Assembly (NCBI GenBank): GCA_964016885.1
Contig: OZ024743.1
Location: 126,480,001-126,544,000, forward strand
DNA from: Eledone cirrhosa
Lineage: Eukaryota
DNA length: 64,000 bases
Direction: 5' to 3'
The stretch's first letter is position 1, and every line of letters begins with the position of its first letter. The notes beneath the pieces are model-generated. The model was not told the origin of the DNA and did no database searches. It saw only the letters and a program-made list of their open reading frames with translations. Below are positions 51,123 through 64,000 of the stretch, one piece after another. The translations under genes and the position numbers were made by a program.

Positions 51123-53364
51123 GCATATATATATGTGTGTGTGTGTGCGTGTGTTATATATATATATATATGTGTGTGTTTATAATATATAGATATGTGT
51201 GTGTATAATATATATATATATATATCTACATACATATATTTACTTATGTATATAGCTATACATTTATATATTTGTATATATACATACATTTACCTATAAG
51301 GATGTTGTCATGATTTATGTTTTTTTAGTAAGGAGAGAATTTGTGTCCAGATTTTATTACCTAGGGAGATTAAGTCCCACAGCTCTGGCTGAAAGCTGAC
51401 CAGGTTTTCAACCTCATCAAACACCAACGCCGGCCTGTGTGTGTGTATATGTATGTATGTATGTATGTATGTATGCATTCGTATGTATATGTATACACCC
51501 ACACCTTTCATCACCATTGCTTCTTTTTGTTGTCGTTTCTGCTGAAGTTGTTCTTGTAACTGTTGTCATAGTTGATGATCTATGTTAATTTTCTTTGATT
51601 TCTTTCATTTTTCTTTTATCTCCCTAGGGAATTCGTTGACAAGCTTCTTTTATTTATTTTCTTCGTTTCTTTTAGATTTATTTAAGGTATTTTAGATATA
51701 TTTAAGATATTTTTTCTCATATTTTTTCCTCAGCTGGTTTGTGGGCCACTTAAACTCTTTGTGCTTTAATTGGTAAAAAGTTCCTGAGAAAGTGAGGGGG
51801 ACTTGTCCCCTGGTACCCCCCTAAAACAAGGCCCTTGTATGCATATGATACACAAACCATGCACACACACAAAAAGGAGAAATAACATGAATTGCATGAA
51901 TGTATTAGTTACGAGTTTGACATTCAATGGTCTTATCCCTTGGATATTTTGTTTATTGCTGGCTTTGTTTTCAGAGTGTATTATTTACATACAGGTGAAT
52001 TGGCAGTATCGGTAGAGGGTTGGGCGCCATGCTTTCTAGCATAGTTACGTCCCTTTACGGTCTGAGTTCAAATCCTGCCAAGGTTAACTTTGCCTTTCAT
52101 CCTTACGGGGTCGATAAAATAAAATACCAGTAATGTACAGGGTAATTGCTGGCCTAGTGCCAAAAGTAGAAACAATTATTTAAATACAGGGACATTCAGT
52201 GATTACTTTGCATTTGTTCTAGGTGTATCTATGTTCAGATTTAGGCTTTTGACGGTCCTATTTGCTTATTTATACACACACACGCACGCACGCGCGCACA
52301 TATATACATACACAGCAAGGGTAAGACAATATATAACTCAATTTGTATGTAGAGAGTTATACATGAGAGTATATATTTGCCAAATATTTTCAGAGTGAGC
52401 TCAGTGTGTTTATGCAATATTGGTTAGAAGAATAAGAAATGTTTCTAAGGGAAAAGGTATGGAAAGATAGAGGTAAACACAGAACATATATAAGCAAATA
52501 AAAAGATGGAATTGAAGTTCTACATAAGTTTAATACTTCACATATGTTTCAAGTATGATATAATCATTACACATCTTGTTACAAATGGGATCTTACAAGT
52601 ATCTTGTGTGAGAAAAAAATAAAGAAAAATACATAAAAAAAGAAGTATTTTTATACCACACCATCCTCAGAAGCTAAATGATAACTGTTATTTGCCCTTT
52701 CATAAACGCAAAGTGACTCCAAGTTAATGCTATCCACTAACAAGCAAATATTGTCCATATATCTAAACTCAATGTGACCTATCAAATACATACCAAAATA
52801 AACATAAAGTAGCAACCACTAACCATATTACATAATTGGTATTGCAAATTTCACTCATAAGGCATTGGTGAACCTGTGGCTATAGAAGAAGTCAATTGTC
52901 CAGGGTATCATACAGTGGGACTTGACCCAAAACCACATCGTTGAAAATCCAGTGTCTAAATCATGCAGCCATGCCTACACTTATATTATATAATTCTATT
53001 TTATATTCTCATTAATAAAGGGGTAGGCAAAAACATTTCACTAATATTAGAAAGGAAAAATAAAATTTACAGCTCACATCTATGTAGGTTTAGCTGGCCT
53101 CCTACATGGAAATTGCATGGGTGTTTTAATGATAGGAGTCTCAGTTCTATCAAGAAAAGCAAAGTGAACCTGCAATTTTTATGATTGCAAATTCAACACC
53201 CTAACCCCTCACTAATGTTTGACTGGTATTTGTCAGTTTGGGAATTGTTGGCTTACACCATAGTTCTAACAGTGAATAAGATGAGGTTAATAAGTAGAGG
53301 GATAAGATGAAGATTTGATATGTGCTGGAATTGGTCATATCTCATTTGAAAGCTGGGATTTCAT

Positions 53365-53922
53365 TCAAGCATATAAACCAATGTATCCGAAATGATTACC
53401 AAACGGTTGTCCATCTCTTGTGAAAGAAAAGAATAAATCTGGATTGCATGTAGTGCAATATGTTGCAGTCTGTGAATCAATATTCTCAGGAAATATACCA
53501 TTTCTTTCAAGGATAATACGATTGGCCTTGAACAAGTCTATATGATAATTCTTATTTTTTTCATTATATTCTATGCATTCTGATAATGATACATTTTTAA
53601 ATAATGCAGCTTCTTCTGGATCAAGTACAAAGCAGGATCTTTTGATTCCAGGACCAATTGCAACCAAAATATCTTTGGGAGATGAACCAAGTTCAACCAT
53701 TTTCTTAACAACTTCTTTGGCTATTTCCAAGACAGTTCCTTTCCAGCCACTGTGGGCCACAGCACAGCATTTTCTGACAGGATCAGCAAATATTAGATCT
53801 AAACAATCAGCTCCAGGTGCAGCTAATGTAATCCCCCGTTCTACAGTTACAATAGCATCAAAGACAGGGGGTTGTGCTGTTCCAGTTTGCCAAACAATGT
53901 TACCATGGCCAACTTTAGGTCT
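53365..53922 (-). CDS. LACC1: LACC1/FAMIN-like purine nucleoside phosphorylase (DUF152/YfiH family), last coding exon
   Basis: Acceptor tttatttccactag| then RPKVGHGN...FDAIVT...GADCLDLIFADPVRKCCAVAHSGWKGT...IGPGI...CT...FFSFTRDGQPFG. This includes the His/Cys/His active-site triad. 186 codons including the stop, phase 0. Confidence 0.9.
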   Translation of the reverse strand, partial: RPKVGHGNIVWQTGTAQPPVFDAIVTVERGITLAAPGADCLDLIFADPVRKCCAVAHSGWKGTVLEIAKEVVKKMVELGSSPKDILVAIGPGIKRSCFVLDPEEAALFKNVSLSECIEYNEKNKNYHIDLFKANRIILERNGIFPENIDSQTATYCTTCNPDLFFSFTRDGQPFGNHFGYIGLYA

Positions 53923-55414
53923 CTAGTGGAAATAAAGAAAAAGAAAAATACTGATTTTATACATGTATAAATACACACACATCATCATCATCCTTATCAT
54001 CACTGTGTTACATTTATTTTCCATGCTATATTAAATGATCATATGACATGTAAATAAATATTTGTGTATGTATATATATATATATATAAAGTAGCAAATG
54101 TTACATATTAAAATATAAACCAAACCAGCAACTGACAGTTCATTTATATACAGTGGAACAAGGTCCAACAATAGTTACTAGAATAACAATGCAACATTAA
54201 CTAAACAAAGGTTCTTACACAAAATTGATATATAGTTTTTAGATAAATATAAACACTTAAAAAACAGTTTTAAATCTTAGAATTGGGTGGTTTAGGTGGC
54301 TTGAGCACATACATACACACACACATACACATACATACACACACATACACATACATGCATACATACAATTCAAGGGATACAATTTCTTTTCTTTTACAAC
54401 TTTGCCACCAGGAAGGTGGCTGGTCAAAAATGTACTCAAAATTGAGAAAGAGAAACATACATACATACACACAAACATGTGATTCAAGGGATAATTTCTT
54501 TTCTTTTACAACCTTGCCACCAGGAAGGTGGGCGGTCAAAAATGTACTCAAAATTAAGAGAAACATACATACATACATACATATATATACATACATACAT
54601 ACATACATACATACATACATACATACATACATACATACATACATACATACATGGTGGCTGCAAACTCTGCTAAGAGTACTGCAATTGCTTGGAGGATTAT
54701 AGTTTGGTGCACTTTTAGGCTATGGCCAGTCACACAAACCTGTAACATATCCTGAACAAGCAATGCTTGTGCTTTGAATGTTTTTTAAGTGGAGAAAGGC
54801 CTTGTACTTGACCAATCCCACTCTCTGAGCATCGAAAACACTACCCGAAAAGGAGAACTGGTCAACATCCTCGGATGCTTCCGAAACTGCAGGTTTTTTT
54901 TAGAGTTTCCCTCTCCTAGAAAGATGTTGTGACAACACCTGGGGGCCTTTCACTCCCAGGTGCAAATAAAAAATTTTAAAAAAGTACTATTTGGATGGCT
55001 GTTGACTCTGCTGAGTTCCTCCGCCCTTCACCAGGATGAAGTCATCCTGCAGGGTGTCCAAATATCACCCTCTTCACCAAGCAAGCTTGGTGGGGTTGCC
55101 GGTTTAGTCGCCGACGACCCAACCATGAGACAGGTTGTACTGGGTTACATGTTACCAGTAGCACTCAAGAGCGACCCAACATAATACATACATATATGGC
55201 TCAAGCCACCTAAACCACTCCTAGTTCTAGGATACAAAACTGTTTTTTTTAAGTGTTTATATTTATCTAAAAACTTTCTATTGTAATTTTATTTAAGAAT
55301 CTTCATTAAGTTAATACTGATTATTGTTGGACCTTGTTCAATTATATATAAATGAACTGTATCAGTTGCTAGTTTGGTTTATATTTTAATATGTAACATC
55401 TGCTATTATATATC

Positions 55415-57447
55415 GCAACTGGGCGAGAAGCTGGGCGAGACAGTGGACCTGGTGGAACAGTGGGGGCTATTTACAACTGCGGTGACTAAAGCAGTGCAAG
55501 AGGTAGTGGGAAGAAGGTGCAGAACAAGGAGAGAGTGCTGGCTTTGTGCACCAACTTGGGAACTGATCAATGAGCGGAAAAAGACAAAGAGCAAAAGAGA
55601 CACTGCCAAACAGAGGAAGAAAACAGACACTGCATATTGCCAGCTCGACTGACAGGTGAAGAAAAGCTGCTGACAGGACAAACGAGCCTGGTTGGAAAAG
55701 ATAGGAGAAGAGGCAGAAAAAGCAGCCAGTCAAAATGACACAACAAACTTATACCACATCGTGAGAAAGATGACTGGGACAGGGAGCAATCCAAGTATGC
55801 CAACGAAAGACAAAAGCAGCAAGACCCTGGTGACAGCAGACAAACAAGACCAGAGATAGGTAGAACACTTCCAGGAGACACTAAACCAACTGGCTTCAAC
55901 TGCCCTGTTTGACTCAGAGCCAGCAGCAACTGATGTACCATTCCAAGTCTATGTGAACCAAATTACTGAACAGAAAACAAGAGATGCAATCAAGTCTTTG
56001 AAGAACAACAAAGCTGGAGCACTCGACGAGATCTTGGTAGATATGCTGAAGTCTGGTGAGAACAACACTATTACTTCACTAACCAGACTGATGAACCACT
56101 GCTGGCAGGACGGATAAGTGCCCCTCATATGGCAGTAAGGAGTCATTGTTAAACTGCCAAAGAAGGTGAATCGAACAGATTGTAACAACTGGCATGGCAT
56201 CACACTGCTGTCGATCCAGGACAAAGTGTTCAGCACTGTGTTGCTACGATGGCTACAACAAGATGTAGACTTTATGCCCAGAGAAGAACAAGCGAATTTC
56301 CAATCTTTACACTGTGTAACATCATTGAGCATTGCATCAAGCTGCAAAAGCCGCTGGAAGTCAACTTCATTGAGTTTCAAAAAGCATTTGACAGAGTGCA
56401 TAAGGTGTCACTGTGGAACATTGCGTGCTCATATAGCATTCCACAGTTTTTCAGTACCATCTTCAAAGGCCTGTACGCCAACTCGAGCTGTTGCGCGAGA
56501 ACCGAATCCTGTACAACGGAGTTCTTCATCAACATCTCTGAGGTCAGATAAAGTTGGATTCTCTCTCCCATGTTGTTCCTGCTGGCAACTGATTTTGTAT
56601 TGAAAAAACTGCCATCAGAGCCGGTCGGGGACCTTGTGTATAGGGAAATCAAAGCTGAAAGACCTGGATTTTGTGGACGACATCACCTTGCTAGCTGAGA
56701 ACAGTATGAACCTGCCTGTAGGAGCTAACAACCTCCTTGCAGCAGAATGCTGAGAAGATCAAGTTATGAGTTAATACCCAAAAGACCAAAGTTATGAAGA
56801 TAGGAAGCGACCTCGACCAGGCAGCTGTAGTTAAGGTGAACCAACAGGAGCTAGACGAGCTTGACCCCTTCACGTACCTTGGCAGCATCCTGAACAACAG
56901 TGGCACCATCGAGCTGAACATCAACAGTAGGATTGGAAAGGTAACAGCAGTGTTCCAACGGATGCACTCAATTTGGTCAAACAAAGCCATCAGCATGTAC
57001 ATTGTACTGCCCATAGCCATCTATGACTGCAAAATGTGGTAACGCACTGCCAAGATGGATAGGTGTCTAGAAACTTTCCATCAAAGGTGCCTGTGTAAGA
57101 TTCTAAAGGTCAACTGGCGAGATTGGGTTAGGAATGAAGAGATCCTGCGGAGATCAGTTGTGTACATTGCAGGAGATCATCGCGGAGTGCCGGTTCCGTT
57201 TTGCAGGTCACATTCTGTGCCTCCCTGAATATTGCCCATCCAAAATGGTGATGACGTGGACTCCCCCTGAAGGCAAGCGAAAAAGAGACTGACTGAAGAT
57301 GACCTGGTGGTGGACATTCCAAAGTGACCTACAAACTGTCAACATCACCTGGCACGAATATCAATGACCTGCTACCGACCGACAGCATTGGAGATGATTT
57401 GGTGACTTATGTTCCCAATAGAACAAGCCGGACTAAGAGCTAAGAGT
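55415..57447 (+). mobile_element. Old RTE LINE, antisense within the LACC1 intron
   Basis: IVKLPKK...CNNWHGITLLS, FQKAFDRV, LDFVDDI, FTYLGS, RFAGHIL; many stops. Confidence 0.85.
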
Positions 57448-58963
57448 TACTATATATACACACATATTTATTTATATGTAAATACACATACATATAATCA
57501 TTTAGTATATACAATGGTAGTGTTAGTGCCACAATAAAATGCACCCAGCCCATGCTGTAAAATGGTAGTTTTGTCAGAACGAACAATGCATGCATATACT
57601 GTTTGTTCTGACAACAATGGTAGAAGTTACTTGACTAATGGAACAGCCTGCTTATGAAATTAACATGCATGTGGCTGAGCATTTCACAGACACATGTACC
57701 CTTAACAGGGAGATTCAAAAGAAGTGTAATTTGAACTCAGAATGTAAAGAGCTGTGACAAAATTGCTACAAAGCATCTCTTTCAATACTTTAACATTTCG
57801 TCAATCTATTGGCCAGGATTGGTGTTTTACCTATCAACCCTGAATAGATGAAAGGCAAAGTTGACCTCGCAACAAGCCAGAACAAATACTAAGTAATTAC
57901 AAAGTAATTAATTAAACTTGTGATAAAAATTAATGTCGGCAAATATAAAAAGGCTGTTTATCAAGAATTTTGAGTGTGGAAACCAGAACACATTCTCTCT
58001 GAAATATATTTATAGTAACATCAATCAGATTGTTATAGGAGTCACTCTCAAGTGCAGGTTTTAGTTCTGTTAAGCACCTCTAAATTCCCCATTATCATCA
58101 ACATTTAACATCCGTTTTCTTTGCTAGCAAGAGTTGGACTTAAATGTATACACTAAATCTTATCATGGAAAAAAACCCACCTCATGTGTATAGAATGTGG
58201 GAAACAAATATACTCTGGTTACAAAAAGAAATACATTGGGATTATTCATGATGATAAAAAAAAAGTGATGGGGGGAAAGGAGTTGATTGTCAGATTGGAT
58301 CAAAGGAACAATGTTTCCATTGGTTTTTCTATTGCCAATACCATTTGCTGGTCACAACTCCTGGCAAAAGGTACAATGTGAAGTAAGTATTTTGCTCAAG
58401 AATGCAACGTGCTACCTGGTTCAATAATTGAAACCACGGCCTGAGTTCAACATCCTAACCACTAGGTCATGCACCTTCACACTCTTGCTGTGACTTTTAC
58501 ATCGGTTCCAGGAAAATTGCAAATTTATTAAAACAAAATAATTGGTCATAGGTTTTGTAACAAAGTACAAGTGAGAGTTTTCTTGGAAGTGACTGTTTTT
58601 AATGTGAAAATTAGGCTTTCATTAATAGGAGCAAGACAAGATTTGTAAATAGTGCTCTTCTATCATGGAAAAGCAGGTGTAAATATGATTTTGGTATTCG
58701 TATGTCTTTGTATGAATAGAGGGGTGTATTATGATATTAAAGATGACTACTGTTCCATATCTTTAAGCATTATACCAACAAAAGTAATAATTAAAGGACA
58801 AATTTGTCTTATTCATACTTCATTCTTTTGATATTAAGATAGAAATGCCACAGCTCTCTCCAGTTATATATGGAAACTGAAGGACTCTGGATGATGAAGA
58901 GGAGGAGTAGATTGTAAAATAAAATAAAAGTAAAGAAAAAGTAGACTTGTTGATTGAACTCAC

Positions 58964-59635
58964 TGTAAAACTTTCAGGCTGAAAACCTCCTGCTTCAGCT
59001 AAACGTCGGATGTTTTCTTCTATAACAATTTTAGGGTCTTTTTTTTTTGCAACATATGCAAGGTTAAGAGATTTCATTCCTACTATGCTGGACACCCCAC
59101 CAATACGTGTTGTATAACCATGATAAAATATGTTATTAGGAATCAGAGAAGATTTTATTATTTGAAGAGTTTCATTAATATTTATGGCTTTTAGCATTTC
59201 TTGGCATTCAGCTTGTAAACTATTTAAACAGACTTCTGGTTCTAACTCAAGAGCTTCCTCTAGAGCTTTAAAAGAAAACTTATATTGGGCTGCTGTCATT
59301 AATATATCAGAGAGAGCCTTCCAAATGTGAATTTCACCACTACTAGATGTTACAAAGATGTTTTCAAGATTTCTATCATCAAGATGTCTCTTAGCAAGAA
59401 ATAGAAGTTCTGCTTTACTTTTTGACAGGAAAGTTTGCAAATTGTCAGAAAATTTCTCTAATCCTTTAGTTATTTCTTTATTTTCTTCATTGCAATTTGA
59501 AGTCTGTCCAAGAAGATAGATATGTATGGAATAATCCTCAGCCAACAAACTCTTACACAAACTATAAAGACTTGTTTGGGCGGAATATTTTATAATCGAT
59601 GTTCTGTCAACTAACAGTGCTACTTCAGTACCCAT
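58964..59635 (-). CDS. LACC1: LACC1/FAMIN-like, first coding exon
   Basis: ATG at 59635; IIKSSLIP...HGYTTRIGGVS...SLNL...KKDPKIVIEENIRRLA. Donor ACA|GTGAGT at 58964/58963 (224 codons, phase 0) joins the 53922 exon in frame to give 409 aa. An acceptor ttcttttag| at 59662/59661 implies an upstream 5' exon. Confidence 0.88.
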
Positions 59636-61294
59636 TTCACTTCTTTGGTTTTAAACAAACTCTAAAAGAAAGAGAAAAGAAAACATAGGTTAAAGCAAAA
59701 ACAAGGAAATTATTAAATAAATAATATTAAGGTTTGACCCTTTGTTACCATATTTCTAATGAAATATACTCTATTTCAATTAATTAGTGAAGAATTTTGA
59801 AGGGTTTACTAAAATTATTAATTATTTCATTACTAAGATAATAACTTAACACATGGTTGTTATATAAAATTAAAATTATAATCCTTTAAAATGGGTAGTT
59901 TTGTTTCATAGAACCAGAGCCAGTTTTGCTGGTTTCTATCTCGGTTTCCTGTGATTTAAAGCAATTCAGAATACAAGACTCCATCCTTGTCGCAAAGTTA
60001 ACCCCCAATAGCTGCTGGTACTCATTTTCAACCAAATTGACTGAAATAACATGAAATGAAGTACCTTGCTCAAGGACAAAATGTGCCACCTGGTCTAGGG
60101 ATCTAACCCCTGATCTTATGATTGTGAAACCAACACCCAATCAACAAGGCCACATGCCTTTAGAGATGAATAATGCAGTTATCACAACCTTTTACTAATT
60201 GTGTATCATTTGGGTGTGTTTATGAAAGCAATATTGAAAAAAACAACAACAAATAATTGTTTCTACTTTTGGAACAAGGCCAACAATTACTCCAGTGCAT
60301 TACTGGTACTTTATTTTATCGACTCCGTAAGGATGAAAGGCAAAGTTAACCTCGCCGGGATTTGAACTCAGACCACAAAGGGACGTAACTCTTTGCTGCA
60401 AAGCATGGCGTCAGACCCTCTACCGATACTGCCAATCCGAAGAATACAAAGTTCTTAAGTGAAAATATAATTCTGATGGTGGATGGTTTTATAAATAGAA
60501 ATGATATGACAACCTCTCTAGTGCCGGTGTCATGATAAAATGCATACAATACATTCTGTAAAGTGGTTGGCATTTGAAAAAGGCATCCAACCATAGAAAC
60601 CATGCCAAAAAATGAAATTAGAGGGCAGTAACTATGAATAAGAACTGGATCTGACTGTAACAATTTGTCTAATTCATGCTAACATGGAAGGCTAGGCATT
60701 AAATGATGATGATGATGGAAAGCAATAGAAAACTTGTCAAATGTGCCATGCTGTGGGGGTTGAACCTGAAATCACAAGGTTGTGAAATCAACTCCTTTAC
60801 CACACAACCATGCCTACATCAATACATATATACAGAAACATTGAGAATGAAATAAAATAACTCTTCAAAGATATTTCATTGAGGATATTACTTTAGGATA
60901 TTGGTAGAAATAAAGTTGTAGATTTGACATCAAAACAGAAAATATAGTTTAGAATGACCCAACAAAGAGAGTCTGCTTGGTTATTCAACCTGCTAGATAT
61001 AGCAGCCAAATCTCTCTCAAATCATACCCTAATATTTTAAAAAAGTTGGACATATTGAAATAATAGACTTCTAAACACACTGTTAGAATAATGATGCAGT
61101 GGGATGGTCATGGCTGGAACATCTTTGATCATAGGTCTGCCTCATCAGGACTGATCTAGGGATAAACAACCACAACAACAGCAACAGAGGTGAGAGATTA
61201 AGGTATTAGGCTACCTGCACTTGGGTTATAAGTTCAAAAGTATCACTATATTTGTCACAAAATTTTTAATTAATTTTGAAATTAATCATGAATT

Positions 61295-61625
61295 TGGAGG
61301 CCAGCTGGTATCACATAATCTTTCCATTCCAATGGTAATAGCCCCTTATCTGGAGACATGACATATAGCAACACAGGTGAATTCAGCTGCAGACCCATAT
61401 TTCATTTCCTGAGAAGCTATTGAAGTACTGGCAGCTTTTCAATAAGTTTATCATTGAACCTATAGCAGTGGAAACTTTTGGCATCCTGGATTCCTGAACC
61501 AACTTCCTACTCACTGCAGTTGGGACAGGGTTGGCCACCTGCAATATGAATTGGAATAGCTTTCAATACATCTCCTTTGTTATCCTCTGAGGTAACACCT
61601 TTTTAATTCTGTCTGCTGGGACCAT
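61295..61625 (+). mobile_element. Decayed CRE-type LINE restriction-like endonuclease fragment
   Basis: FIIEPIAVETFG...FQYISFVIL*GNT resembles the 'FxPxAVETxG...QRISxxIQRGN' C-terminus of CRE-like elements. Confidence 0.5.
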
Positions 61626-62443
61626 GAGTTAATGTCCACCTGATGTTTTGCACACCAGAGAGACAGAATGAGCAAACAAAAGAAAGTGATATCCTTTCAT
61701 TGGTTGGTTTGTGCTGTTACCACTGGCTACTACATATTAATACTTGCATGCATACATAATTTCAATTTCAAGAATTGCCATCTCTTGACCTTTTTATGCT
61801 GCAGTGAAAGAAAAAAGAAAAGGCCATGCTCGCACAACACACATCAAGTGTGCTTGAAGTTTTTTTAATTGAAGAAAGGTCTTGCACTTGACCAATCCCA
61901 CTCACTGAACAACAGTGACATGTAGAGAAAAAGAATAGGTCCATAGCATTGGCTGCCATTGAATCACTGGTTTTACATCGGAGTTTTCCTTCTAGAATGA
62001 TGTCCTAACAAGAACTAGAAGTTTCTCACTCCCTGGTGGGCTAACCGTGTGCTCAGACACCAAACCAAGTATTTCCATGTCCCAGAACATACATATATCA
62101 TACATACATGCATATATATATACAACATATTATTTTTTTGTATATATAAGCTGTAGTTTAATCATTTCCTGTGTTAAATCATTTGTTAAATCACTCTTGA
62201 TTACTTTTAAAATTAAAATTTCTATACAAAAATTCATTAAAAAAAAGTACCAGAATTTAAGCTGTTTACTTGTACCAGTTTCATAAGTATAAGCCACAGA
62301 TAGCAGATAATTAATTATTCGAATCTTAACAGTTTTGGTATCCAGTTATAATGATAAGTCATTTGTTTGTGCATTGTAATGTCCTTCCTTGGTAGGTCAA
62401 CTATCACTTCATTGTTGACAAAATAAATTATTTCACAAAATAA

Positions 62444-63179
62444 TCTATATATCTAAAACAGAGAATGTCTGTGTCTGTCTGTCTGTCTGTCTGTCTGACT
62501 CCCTAAAACTCGAGAACCACTCAACCGATTGTTTTCAAACTTTACACATGTAATACTTATGGTCATGTGAGTGTTTTGAGCAAAAAGTATTTCAAATTTT
62601 CAATGCGCTAGGGACCGCATTAGGCGATTTAGTGATCTCTCTATATAATTCTTAGTCTTTCTTTTTAGATAGATACATAGATATAATGTTGCGCCCTTAT
62701 AATATGTCTGTATGTCTGGCTGTCTGCATTACGACATTATGACGCTATATATGTGTGTGTGTGTGTGTATATATATATAGTGTGTAACGTTTTTCGAAAT
62801 ATTTACTTCTGCGTTCACAGATTGATTTTTTTAGTTTCAGAAGATCCCGTTAAAGGTGAAAGCAGCGATTCTTTGCTTAAACTTTAATCTGTTATTTTAA
62901 TATATATATATATGTATAATTATATATTTGTGTACAGATATTTTTGCATACACAATAACAAAATATAAACAAAAGTATTTATTTCGCGATAAAGTATTGA
63001 TTTTCTTCGCACGGAAAAAAAACCCTGGTAATCTACGACAAATGTTTTTTATAAGCACAAAATGTAGACCCCATCCCAAGGCCGAGGTATTCTGTACTTC
63101 TCTGTACTGTTTCAGAAAGGAGGGATAAACATGGCAATCTATGTTTAGAATCCTGAGCAACGCCGGGTAATTCTGCTAG
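62444..63179 (+). mobile_element. Non-autonomous Helitron
   Basis: A|TCTATATAT...(GTCT)n...AACCGATT 5' end; 3' end GAGCAACGCCGGGTAATTCTG-CTAG|T; inserted between A and T. Confidence 0.75.
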
Positions 63180-63204
63180 TATATTAAAAAAAACTATTCT
63201 ATTC

Positions 63205-63430
63205 TATAGCCTGTTGCCATCTGGAGTCATCAAACCAGATGTTGCATATCTCCTCAGCTACCCATTGGATGCAGACATCGATATCTGTGAGGAGAGATGC
63301 TTGGCTGTAGCAGGGAGCACAGTGGAATGTATATAAGAGCTTCATTCAGCATGGCGAAGCAGTTCCTTAACAGAAAGAGTGCCAGATTGGCATCGATCTG
63401 GTTCAGTCTACTTGCCAGAGTTTCTAAAAG
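63205..63430 (-). mobile_element. CRE-type LINE RT-thumb fragment
   Basis: LASRLNQIDANLALFLLRNCFAM...APCY...ICNIWFDDSRWQQA (frameshifted). Confidence 0.55.
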
Positions 63431-63584
63431 AATAACTAACAAAACCGTCCTTTGGAGCTGAAAAAGATCAAACTGACTATGGTTATTTCACATTTAAAAT
63501 CCAAGGCCAATGCTACCATTTAATCGGCAGTTTACTCCTCCAGCCTAATAAGGAAGTTTTATGATTGTTTTTTTTTTTTTAGGT

Positions 63585-63690
63585 CTCTCTAACACACACT
63601 CACACATTACGGTCTCACCTCATGCCAGACAACACATCCAATACAGTTGTTTTCTCTGTTCTCGCGGGCGAAGCCGGGTACCTCAGCTAG
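63585..63690 (+). mobile_element. Second Helitron 3' terminus
   Basis: GCGGGCGAAGCCGGGTACCTCAG-CTAG|T, similar to the end at 63179. Confidence 0.55.
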
Positions 63691-64000
63691 TACTCGATAA
63701 AAGATGTTGCCCAACACATAAAGAAGAGGTACCGTCGCTTTGAATATATATATTCCAATTTTATGAATCTACTTCCCTTTCCTCCACTCTTCAAGGCTTC
63801 CTCAACCTCCCAACACTTGTTCTCACTCACTCCTCTTCCCCTTAGCAAATAACATACAGCTGCCATTGCTACTCGTCGCAGTGTCACTTTCACCATGCTC
63901 TCACCTCCACCCTCTCATAGCGATCATTATGCTTCTTTCTGTTCACCTGAAAGCATAATGATCGCTCTTGTGTCAGTGGCAAGAGAACCTGTTCCCAGTA

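Larger units (their letters stand above)
46354..51837 (-). mobile_element. hAT DNA transposon (ZMYM1/DUF4371-type transposase relic) with TIRs and 8-bp TSD; carries nested insertions
   Basis: WLHYD..VCHIC..GFKNWKKA..HEKSNIH, YTSAEIQNDIL, IIIDGTQDI, DGAANM, PTRW, and the dimerisation motif SSCEAERSFSALRRLK. TIRs CAGGGGCCTCGTTT / CAAGGGCCTTGTTT(rc); flanks TATTCATA / TATGCATA. Confidence 0.85.

Noticed and set aside
58820-58963. C-terminal 47 aa of the listed 271-aa ORF
   Set aside because: Read-through into the intron past the GTGAGT donor; LACC1 similarity continues in the 53922 exon.
63205-63430. Upstream coding exon of LACC1
   Set aside because: Has an acceptor-like AG, but the translation resembles a frameshifted CRE-type RT fragment and no donor was identified.

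Overview
Eukaryotic, AT-rich, very repeat-dense DNA, probably from a mollusc and most likely an octopus (inferred from the SINE families, the RTE LINEs and the huge (TA)n/(CA)n tracts; not verified). Only one host gene is supported: a LACC1/FAMIN (YfiH/DUF152 purine nucleoside enzyme) homolog with two coding exons on the minus strand (59635-58964 and 53922-53365, 409 aa). The rest is a nest of transposons. There are about ten Penelope-like element (PLE) pieces from about three lineages, including one uninterrupted 1152-aa RT+GIY-YIG ORF, and nearly all are embedded in (TA)n. There are four RTE LINE copies with a PHD finger inside the RT, an internally deleted Gypsy nested in one RTE, a Tc1 with IR/DR ends, and a hAT with TIRs and an 8-bp TSD. 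Tx1, CR1/L2 and CRE fragments, non-autonomous Helitrons and tRNA-derived SINEs are also present. The most interesting unannotated signal is a set of hammerhead ribozyme motifs in the PLE pseudo-LTRs, one carrying a compensatory U3-A8 core. A conserved MTLPKYN mini-ORF sits at the PLE 3' termini. Most ORFs in the supplied track ([12 protein letters not shown]) are microsatellite artefacts.
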